Shown here: piece by piece, positions 37,097-47,394 of the stretch
Layout of the letters: the number at the start of each line of letters is the position of its first letter
Numbering within the stretch: the stretch's first letter is position 1
Program-made: the position numbers and the translations under genes
The notes under the pieces: model-generated
Databases searched by the model: none
What the model was told of the DNA's origin: nothing
What the model saw: the letters and a program-made list of their open reading frames with translations, nothing else
NCBI RefSeq assembly: GCF_902713615.1
Contig: NC_052171.1
Location: 2,728,001-2,792,000 of the forward strand
Reading direction: 5' to 3'
Length of the DNA: 64,000 bases
Source: Scyliorhinus canicula
Taxonomy: Eukaryota

Positions 37097-38460
37097 TGAC
37101 GCATTCACCCCTTGCTCAAAACGTAACTTTCTCGACCTTGGTGCCATTAGTGGAGGAGTTTGACTTGCCGGGAGGGAACGGGTTTCGGTATCTTCAAGTG
37201 CGGGACTTTGTACGGAGACAGGTCCCAAGCTTTCTTTGCCTGCCCCTGAGAGGACTACAGGATAAAGTGCTGTCAAAAACAGGGGTTGGGTTTTTCAGGA
37301 GATGGCAACCATTCCTAGATCTCCTGGCAGAACGGTAAAGACAAAAGGTCAGCAGCAGCAGCAACCCGGCGGGGGGGGAGGGGGTTGACTTTTTGTTTTG
37401 GGTTGAATATCTGTTTTTTTGCCAATGACTGGCCTGAATTTATTGTTTCTCTTTTGTATTGGGGGGGGGGGGGTTCTGTTCTTTTTGTTCTTAGAATTTT
37501 CTGTTATTGTTTTCTTTTTTGTGAAAATGCGAAAATTTGAATTAAAATTATTTTTTAAAAAAACAGGGGTTGGAGGTGGGAAGGTTTCGGGCATATACAG
37601 GGAATTGTTAGAATGGGAAGGGCCCCAATCAGAGGGGTGAAGAGGAAGTGGGAAGAGGATTTGAGAGGGGAGCTGGAAACTGAACTGTGGGGAAAAAGCC
37701 TTGAAAAGGGTAAATGCATCCTTGTCCTGTGCTCGACCCAGCTTGATTCAGTTCAAGGTGGTCCACATAATGGTAGCCCGGATGAGTAGGTTCTTTGAGG
37801 AGGTGGAGGACAGATGTGGGCGGTATAGGGGTAGCCCGGCTAACCATGTTGATATGTTTTGGGCATGTCTGAAACTGAGGGAATTCTGGCAGAAGTTTTC
37901 AGATGTTATGTCAGAAGTCCTGGAAGGTAGGGTAACTCCAAGTCCAGAATTAGCAATGTTTGGGGTGTCGGAAAATCCGGGGGCAAAGAGGGGGGAGGGA
38001 GGCCAATATTTTGGCCTTCTCCTCCCTGGTGGCCCGGAGACGGATCTTGCTGAGCTGGAGGGACCAGGAGCCCCCAAAATCAGAAGTGTGGGTCAGCGAT
38101 AGGGTCGAGTTTCTCAGTCTGGAGAAAATCAAGTTTGCTTTAAGAGGATCAATACAGGGATTCGCCTGGAGTTGGCAGCCGTTCATCGATTTCTTTAACA
38201 AAAACTGAACGTCAGCAGTAAGGGGGGAAAGGGAAAAAGGGGGGTGGTGGGGGGAGGAAAATAGGAAACATGATAATGTTAAATAAGGACAGGGAATTTA
38301 GTAAATGGGTAATTGGGGATAGGGCGGGAGAAGTGCGGTACGTGGTCTATTGTGTGTTATTTGAGGGGGCAATTTGTGCATCGACCCGCACAGTTGTTTT
38401 AGAAATGTCAATATGTTAAATAGTGAAAATTACAAATGCTTCAATAAAATATTTTTTTAA
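37097..38460 (+). mobile_element. 5'-truncated L1/Tx1-type LINE
   Basis: FRYLQVRDFVRR, LIQFKVVH, EDRCGR..NHVDMFW, LSLEKIKFALRG; AATAAA tail. Confidence 0.88.
37290..37558 (+). mobile_element. 269-bp L1-type 3' end nested in another L1, perfect 15-bp TSD
   Basis: TSD AAAAACAGGGGTTGG at 37275-37289 and 37559-37573; FFRRWQPFLDLLAER* plus 3' UTR. Confidence 0.9.
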
Positions 38461-38749
38461 AAGCCTAACTTTCTAACGGCTCCAACTTTTGTGATGAAAG
38501 GTCAACGTTAACTCCATCTCTCTCCCTCTACAAATGCTACCTGACCTGCAGACCATTTCTTGCATTTTCTGTTTATAATTCAGATTTCCAGCATCTGGAG
38601 TATTCTGCTTTTTGATTGCTGTATTACAATGTGTGATTCTTTATTAAAACACCCAATGCCTGGGGTGGCACAGTGGCGCAGTGACTACAGAGTTAATAAC
38701 TTCCCAAACAACATCCATAAGTTAAACCCTTTTTAGATAAAGGCAGTAG

Positions 38750-39176
<427 letters not shown>

Positions 39177-39875
39177 TGATTTATATATCGTATTATGTCT
39201 TGGAGATTGCCAGAATTAATATTTTAGACTTTTGTATCTCTCCAACTCAAAACTGATCTGAAATATGCAAGTCACATTTATGTTAACATATTTTTATGAT
39301 TTTCACAGTAAATTCATTGCAGTGTTAATATAAGCCTATTGTGACACTCAAAGATTATTATTATGAGGAGTGACTTCAGAACTGGCTCAGTTTATATCGT
39401 GAGTGAGAGCAAGCTATTCAGATGGACAAAGAAGCAGTGATGTTGGAAGATCGCGGTGTGCTTAATCATATTACAGGCTTCAGAGTATCCTTCAAGATAA
39501 TCGTACATGTTTCCTTTTTGCATCGTCTATGCGCACCACATTTCTGTTTCACCCCACTGTCAGGATGCTCCATTACGCCGGCTGGTCAATGGGGTTACCC
39601 ATTGTGGGGAAGCCCCATGCCTTCAGGAAACCCCCGGGCAAAACGGAGAATCCCGATGGTGGAGAATTCGGCCCTGTGTGTCCTTAATTGCCAACAGAAA
39701 ATACTTGCTGACCCAGCCCCTCTGCAATTAGGTTTCTATTTACTCTTATGACCACAGCAGGTGTTAATTGCTGAGCAAACCAAATCCCAGCGAAACTTGG
39801 CTCATTTTTTTTTGTATCCTGCAAATGAAAAGAAACATACAGATCTCCGTAGTAAGACGTCCAGTCTGGATTGTA

Positions 39876-40080
39876 TGGTGGCGCAGTGGTTAGCACTGCT
39901 GCCTCACGGTGCCGAGGCCCCAGATTCGATTCCACCCCTGGGTCACTGTCCTTGTGGAGTTTGCAAATTCTCCCCGTGTTTACGTGGGTTTCGCCCCAAT
40001 AACCCAAAGTTGTGCAGGGTAGGTCGATTGGCCCTTAATTGCAAAAAATGAATTGGGTACTCTACATTTATTTAAAAAAA
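39876..40080 (+). mobile_element. HE1-like SINE, short tail
   Basis: GGTGGCGCAGTGGTTAGC head, core, A-rich tail. Confidence 0.78.
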
Positions 40081-40906
40081 GAAAGAAGTCCAGTCACACT
40101 TTAGGGATTTTAAAATTAAAAGTAAAAGTTTTATGAACACGAAGTAAAGAAAACGTCACACAAGTTACACAGTTAAAATTAGTCTTAACAAACCATTCCT
40201 CCCAATCCTCCCAAAAGACTCCCGACTTGGTCAGAGAACCAAGGCATCGCTCCCTTATACATATTTAACTATAAAAATTTATTTCCCAAGGTAAAGATGC
40301 TGTGCTTTAATATGGTGTACCATATGACTTCTCAAAACCACTTCCCACTCTGCTGTAGAAATCAAGGAAACTTTCTGACTTGACTGAATGGCTGATTCAA
40401 ACTACAGAGCCTGGAGATATTTTCAGAAGATCTTCACCACACTGCCAAAAACAAATCCTCTCCAGGTTGCTCCTTAAACATCATTTTCCCTTCCATCTAT
40501 GATTCCATTGCATTTCTTTGAACTCCGCTTTTCCAAAACATCAAAATCGTTCATGTTTCTATTTTGTCTCTGCTTTCGGGTCAATAAAATGTAATCTAAC
40601 CTGTTCTGTTTACCCATTGGAGATTGCAAAATTTTTCTTGTCACCTCTGACTTCCCTTTCAAAGAAACTCTGAATTTATCTAAAAATGCAAATGTTAGAT
40701 CTAATTTATTTACTTGTACCTCAAACCCATCATAAAATCTCATTACAAATGTGCAACCTTGACACCTGTATCCTTTCATGTCTTAAACACCCCAGATAAC
40801 CTGTCTTCTGTAACCGCACCCCAGATTAGATAGATAGATAGAGAAATACAGCACAGAACAGGCCCTTCGGCCCACGATGTTGCGCCGAACTTTTGTCCTA
40901 GGTTAA

Positions 40907-41115
40907 TCATAGAATTTTGGACAATTTGTCATGGCCAATCCACCCAACCTGCACATCTTTGGACTGTGGGAGGAAACCGGAGTACCCGGAGGAAACCCAC
41001 GCAGTCACGGGGAGGATGTGCAGACTCCACACAGACAGTGACCCAAGTCGAAATCGAACTTGGGACCCTGGAGCTGTGAAGCAATTGTGCTATCCACAAT
41101 GCTACCGTGCTGCCC
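40907..41115 (-). mobile_element. HE1-like SINE embedded in the CR1 3' UTR
   Basis: Head GGGCAGCACGGTAGC 33 nt after the ORF2 stop, core, ends ATTCTATGA; TTAAC repeated on both sides; LINE tail resumes afterwards. Confidence 0.85.
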
Positions 41116-41148
41116 TTAAGAAGTTAACCTACACTCCCTTATTCTACC

Positions 41149-43951
41149 CTAATCCAAGTACCTATCCAATAGCCGCTTGAAGGTCCATAAATTTTCCGAC
41201 TCAACTACTACCACAGGCAGTGCATTCCATGCCCCCACTACTCTCTGGGTAAAGAACCTACCTCTGACATCCCCTCTATATCTTCCACCATTTATCTTAA
41301 ATTTATGTCCCCTTGTAATGGTGTGTTCCACCCGGGGAAAAAGTCTCTGACTGTCTACTCTATCTATTCCCCTGATCATCTTATAAACCTCTATCAAGTC
41401 GCCCCTCATCCTTCTCCGTTCTAATGAGAAAAGGCCTAACACCCTCAATCTTTCCTCGTATGACCTACTCTCCATTCCAGGCAACATCCTGGTAAATCTC
41501 CTTTGCACCTTTTCCAAAGCTTCCACATCCTTCCTAAAATGAGGTGACCAGAACTGCACACAGTACTCCAAATGTGGCCTGACCAAGGTTTTGTACAGCT
41601 GCATCATCACCTCACGGCTCTTAAATTCAATCCCTCTGCTAATGAACGCTAGCACACCATAGGCCTTCTTCACAGCTCTATCCACTTGAGTGGCAACTTT
41701 CAAAGAACAATGAACATAGACCCCAAGATCTCTCTGCTCCTCCACATTGCCAAGAACCCTACCATTAACCCTGTATTCCGCATTCAGATTTGTCCTTCCA
41801 AAATGGACAACCTCACACTTGTCAGGGTTAAACTCCATCTGCCACTTCTCAGCCCAGCTCTGCATTCTATCTATGTCTCTTTGAAGCCGACAACAGCCCT
41901 CCTCACTATCCACAACTCCACCAATCTTCGTATCATCTGCAAATTTACTGACCCACCCTTCAACTCCCTCATCCAAGTCGTTAATGAAAATCACAAACAG
42001 CAGAGGACCCAGAACTGATCCCTGCGGTACGCCACTGATAACTGGGCTCCAGGCTGAATATTTGCCATCCACCACAACTCTGTCTTCTATCGGTTAGCCA
42101 GTTTGTTATCCAACTGGCCAAATTTCCCACTATCCCATGCCTCCTTACTTTCTGCATAAGCCTACCATGGGGAACCTTATCAAATGCCTTACTAAAATCC
42201 ATGTACACTACATCCACTGCTTTACCTTCATCCACATGCTTGGTCACCTCCTCAAAGAATTCAATAAGACTTGTAAGGCAAGACCTACCCCTCACAAATC
42301 CGTGCTGACTATCCCTAATCAAGCAATGCCTTTCCAGATGCTCAGAAATCCTATCCCTCAGTACCCTTTCCATTACTTTGCCTACCACCGAAGTAAGACT
42401 AACTGGCCTGTAATTCCCAGGGTTATCCCTATTCCCTTTTTTGAACAGGGGCACGACATTCGCCACTCTCCAATCCTCTGGTACCACCCCTGTTGACAGC
42501 GAGGACGAAAAGATCATTGCCAACGGCTCTGCAATTTCATTTCTTGCTTCCCAGAGAATCCTTGGATATATCCCGTCAGGCCCGGGGGACTTGTCTATCC
42601 TCAAGTTTTTCAAAACGCGCAACACATCTTCCTTCCTGACAAGTATCTCCTCAAGCTTATCAGTCTGCTTCACGCTGTCCTCTCCAACAATATGGCCCCT
42701 CTCATTTGTAAATACTGAAGAAAAATACTTGTTCAAGACCTCTCCTATCTCTTCAGACTCAATACACAATCTCCCGCTACTGTCCTTAATCGGACCTACT
42801 CTCACTCTAGTCATTCTCATATTTCTCACGTATGTGTAAAAGGCCTTGGGGTTTTCCTTGATCCTACCCGCCAAAGATTTTTCATGCCCTCTCTTAGCTC
42901 TCCTAATCCCTTTCTTCAGTTCCCTCCTGGCTATCTTGTATCCCTCCAGCGCACTGTCTGAACCTTGTTTCTTCAGCCTTACATAAGTCTCCTTCTTCCT
43001 CTTAACAAGACATTCAACCTCTCTTGTCAACCATGGTTCCCTCACTCGACCATCTCTTCCCTGCCTGACAGGGACATACATATCAAAGACACGCAGTACC
43101 TGATCCTTGAACAAGTTCCACATTTCACTTGTGTCCTTCCCTGACAGCCTATGTTCCCAACTTCTGCACTTCAATTCTTGTCTGACAGCATTGTATTTAC
43201 CCTTCCCCCAATTATAAACCTTGCCCTGTTGCTCGCACCTATCCCTCTCCATTACTAAAGTGAAAGTCAGAGAATTGTGGTCACTACCTCCAAAATGCTC
43301 CCCCACTAACAAATCTATCACCTGCCCTGGTTCATTACCAAGTACTAAATCCAATATGGCCTCCCCTCTGGTCGGACAATCTACATACTGTGTTAGAAAA
43401 GCTTCCTGGACACACTGCACAAACACTACCCCATCCAAACTATTTGATCTAAAGAGTTTCCACTCAATGTTTGGGAAGTTGAAGTCGCCCATGACTACTA
43501 CCCTGTGACTTCTGCACCTTTCCAGAATCTGTTTCCCAATCTGTTCCTCCACATCTCTGCTGCTATTGGGGGGCCTATAGAACACTCCCAACAAGGTGAC
43601 TGCTCCTTTCCTATTTCTAACTTCAACCCATATTACCTCAGTAGGCAGATCCCCCTCGAACTGCCTTTCTGCAGCTGTTATACTATCTCTAATTAACAAT
43701 GCCACCCCCCCACCTCTTTTACCATCCTCCCTAATCTTGTTGAAACATCTATAACCAGGGACCTCCAACAACCATTTCTGCCCCTCTTCTATCCAAGTTT
43801 CCGTGATGGCCACCACATCGTAGTCCCAAGTACCGATCCATGCATTAAGTTCACCCACCTTATTCCTGATGCTTCTTGCATTAAAGTATACACACTTCAA
43901 CCCATCTCCTTGCCTGCAAGTACTCTCCTTTGTCATTGTTACCTTCCCCAC
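41149..43951 (-). pseudogene. CR1 ORF2 (APE endonuclease + RT) split by a single frameshift
   Basis: YFNARSIRNK, VAITETW, GDFNFP, SDHN; PGPDGIYP, DFSKAFDKVPH | GVPQGSVLGP, SKFADDTK; WLTDRRQ-RVVVDG lacks 2 nt (or has +1) near 42078. Confidence 0.92.
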
Positions 43952-44034
43952 TGCATCACTACGTGCTTTGGCGTCCTGACTATCGTCTACCTTAGTTGCT
44001 GGACTACAGATCCGGTTCCCATTCCCCTGCCAAA

Positions 44035-44970
44035 TTAGTTTAAACCCTCCCGAAGAGTACTAGAAAACCTCCCCCCCAGGATATTGGTGCCCCTCTGGTT
44101 CAGATGCAACCCGTCCTGCTTGTACAGGTCCCACCTTCCCCAGAATGCGCTCCAATTATCCAAATACCTGAAGCCCTCCCTCCTACACCATTCCTGCAGC
44201 CACGTGTTCAACTGCACTCTCTCCCTATTCCTAGCCTCGCTATCACGTGGCACCGGCAACAAACCAGAGATGACAACTCTGTCTGTCCTGGCCCTTAACT
44301 TCCAGCCTAACTCCCTAAACTTGTTTATTACCACCACACCCTTTTTCCTACCTACATCGTTGGTACCAATGTGCACCACGACTTCTGGCTGCTCACCCTC
44401 CCCCTTCAGGATCCTGAAGACACGATCAGAGACATCCCTGGCCCTGGCACCCGGGAGGCAACATACCTTTCGGGAGTCTCGCTCGCGACCACAGAATCTC
44501 CTATCTATTCCCCTAACCATTGAATCTCCTATTACTATTGCTTTTCTATGCTCCCCCCTTCCCTTCTGAGCCCCAGAGCCAGACTCAGTGCCAGAGACCT
44601 GGCCGCTGGGGCCTTCCCCCGGTAGGTCATCCCCCCCAACAGCATCCAAAACGGTATACTTGTTTTGAAGGGGAATGGCCACGAGGGATCCCTGCACTGT
44701 CTGCCTGTTAGTTTTCTTTCCCCTGACTGTAACCCAGCTACTCTTGTCCAGTACCTTTGGTGTGGCTACCTCCCTGTAACTCTTCTCTATGACCCCCTCT
44801 GCCTCCCGGATGATCCGAAGTTCATCCAGCTCCAGCTCCAGTACCTTAACACGGTCTCTGAGGAGCTGGAGTTGGGTGCACTTCCCGCAGGTATAGTCAG
44901 CGGGGACACCAGTGGTATCCCTCACCACCCACATCCTACAGGAGGAGCATGCAACTGCCCTAGCCTCCAT
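44035..44970 (-). CDS. CR1 ORF1p: Cys-rich zinc-finger-like N-terminus + SGNH esterase domain (311 aa)
   Basis: CSSC..CGKC; SGNH blocks IVIGDSMVRG, VVHIGTND, DGLHLN. Confidence 0.9.
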   Translation of the reverse strand: MEARAVACSSCRMWVVRDTTGVPADYTCGKCTQLQLLRDRVKVLELELDELRIIREAEGVIEKSYREVATPKVLDKSSWVTVRGKKTNRQTVQGSLVAIPLQNKYTVLDAVGGDDLPGEGPSGQVSGTESGSGAQKGRGEHRKAIVIGDSMVRGIDRRFCGRERDSRKVCCLPGARARDVSDRVFRILKGEGEQPEVVVHIGTNDVGRKKGVVVINKFRELGWKLRARTDRVVISGLLPVPRDSEARNRERVQLNTWLQEWCRREGFRYLDNWSAFWGRWDLYKQDGLHLNQRGTNILGGRFSSTLREGLN

Positions 44971-45131
44971 CCCCTCTTACTTTACAGAATTAGCTGCCCT
45001 GTGGACCAACTGGACCTCCGCCCTCCGACTCTGCTCCCAGTCAGCTGTACTCTAAACTCCTGGTTCCCTTCACGCTCTTTGATAAATATAGGAAATTAAA
45101 TGAAAGGAGTACCTTACTCCCTCCTCACCTA

Positions 45132-46040
45132 ACTCCCTCAGTCACCAAACTCTCACTGTAGCACTCAAATGCCACAAGCTCAGCACTCAGTGCAAACAAA
45201 GTCTGCACTGTATCTAGCCCCTATTTATACTGTGACTCTAGCTTCTAAAAACTGGCCTAATGCAATTAACTAATTAACAAGCTCCAGCTGCAAGTAAGTC
45301 CAAGTAGAACCTTGTTTAAAGCTAATTCAAAATTCACCTTCTTATAGACCAAACAGCAACTTTTAAGTTAATTAACTAAATAAAAGAAATACTAGACTTT
45401 AAATAACCCTTATACTCCCTCAGTCACCAAACTCTCACTGTAGCACTCAAATGCCACAAGCTCAGCACTCAGTGCAAACAAAGTCTGCACTGTATCTAGC
45501 CCCTATTTATACTGTGACTCTAGCTTCTAAAAACTGGCCTAATGCAATTAACTAATTAACAAGCTCCAGCTGCAAGTAAGTCCAAGTAGAACCTTGTTTA
45601 AAGCTAATTCAAAATTCACCTTCTTATAGACCAAACAGCAACTTTTAAGTTAATTAACTAAATAAAAGAAATACTAGACTTTAAATAACCCTTATACTCC
45701 CTCAGTCACCAAACTCTCACTGTAGCACTCAAATGCCACAAGCTCAGCACTCAGTGCAAACAAAGTCTGCACTGTATCTAGCCCCTATTTATACTGTGAC
45801 TCTAGCTTCTAAAAACTGGCCTAATGCAATTAACTAATTAACAAGCTCCAGCTGCAAGTAAGTCCAAGTAGAACCTTGTTTAAAGCTAATTCAAAATTCA
45901 CCTTCTTATAGACCAAACAGCAACTTTTAAGTTAATTAACTAAATAAAAGAAATACTAGACTTTAAATAACCCTTATACTCCCTCAGTCACCAAACTCTC
46001 ACTGTAGCACTCAAATGCCACAAGCTCAGCACTCAGTGCA
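45132..46040 (-). repeat. 282-bp tandem monomers x3.2 forming the LINE 5' end
   Basis: Units start at 45132, 45414, 45696 and 45978 (63-bp partial); no differences seen by eye; each full unit has TATAAATA on the minus strand (45222-29, 45504-11, 45786-93). Confidence 0.96.
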
Positions 46041-46487
46041 ATTTAATTTAATTTAATCATTTGCACCAATACACAGCCTTCTTTACAGAATAACCCAGTA
46101 TTTCCCCAAAATATTAAGAAAAACATCCATTCTCATATTTTCCTTTCCTTTTAGCTGTTCTTTCCCTTGGTTACCCAAGGTCACATGAGCGTTTGGAATT
46201 TCATGGTGCCATAACCAGAAAACTAATAAACCCATTTTCAGAGTACCAACTTGGGCCTTAAAGGGACGCAAAATAATTTGTTGGCTTTTCCCAGCACGTA
46301 GGTCATCACAAGGTGAAGGCTTTGTAATTTTATTTGCTTAATCTAGTTCTTTCTAACAACAAGTTCCTTGCATTATGAATGTCTATCAACTTGCAAGACA
46401 TTCTGATCCTTTCAGCTTTAAAAGAGGAGAGAAAAACTGTGGGAGAAGTAAAAATGAATTATTAAGTTTATTCTCCACTTGTTTTAG

Positions 46488-46817
46488 GGTATAATATTGT
46501 ATGATGACACCATGGACAATAGTTATCATAAGTGGAAGAACAAAGAGTCTGAGATATTTGATCGCTTTGCAAAATGCTTTTCGATCTTCAAACTGCAGAA
46601 GATGGTTCACAATCTAGAACCTAGTGGAACATGCAGTCATGGCTCTTTGGCCACAAATGAGACAAGAGGAATTCGACTTGCTGGTCATGCAGGATCTTCT
46701 CAGCATTTAACTGCTTCTGCAGCAAAGGATAAGGACTGGAAGGCTGTGAGAGTGGATCTTGTTGTTGTACCCTTTGGCCAATATGCTTATGCCTTATTAG
46801 GATGGACAGGTTCACGG
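46488..46817 (+). CDS. POLM: POLM exon 9 (Loop1, third catalytic Asp, GW motif)
   Basis: GIILYDD...FDRFAKCFSIFKL...DWKAVRVDLVVVPFGQYAYALLGWTGSR; 330 nt, GTAAGT donor. Confidence 0.96.
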
Positions 46818-47101
46818 GTAAGTTTGATGAAGTGCAACAAGGCACCATGATTCTCAAATTAAAAAAAAAAAATCCAACTTGTATAGCTAATCAATTTGGA
46901 AACTGACAGTGCTGCTGAACATTTTGGATTAATCCACTTTTAAACTTGACAAAGCACTTAATTCAAAAGACTGCCTTTTCGCTTCACAGAGATAGATATT
47001 ATCTATATTTCCAGTATTTTCAATTCCTTTCTGAAAGATGTATTATTGAGGAACCATGTATGATTTTATTTGTACAGTGCCTAATGGATATTATTAGTAT
47101 T

Positions 47102-47394
47102 GGGTGGCATGGAGACACAGTGGTTAGCACTGCTGCCTCACAGCTCCAGGGATCTGGGTTCAATTCCTGTCTTGGGTTACTATCTGTATGGAGTTTGCAC
47201 TTTCTCCCCGTGTCTGAGTGGGTTTCCTCTGGGTTTCTGGTTTCCTCGCACAGTCCAAAGGTGTGCAGTGTCCAAAAGGTTAGGTGGGGTTTCTGGGTAA
47301 TGGGGATAGGGTGAAGGCATGGCCTGAAGTAGAGTGCTCCTTCTAGGGGCCAGTGCAGATCTGATGCGCTGAATGGCCTCCTGCACTGTAAATT
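47102..47394 (+). mobile_element. HE1-like SINE whose tail is the target of the ORF1-only element
   Basis: Head, core, tail GAATGGCCTCCTGCACTGTAAATT. Confidence 0.8.

Larger units (their letters stand above)
40827..46040 (-). mobile_element. Near-intact full-length CR1/HER1-like LINE (5.2 kb) in POLM intron 8
   Basis: 5' monomer array, intact ORF1, EN-RT ORF2 with one frameshift near 42080, 3' UTR with embedded SINE, (CTAT)n tail. Confidence 0.96.
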
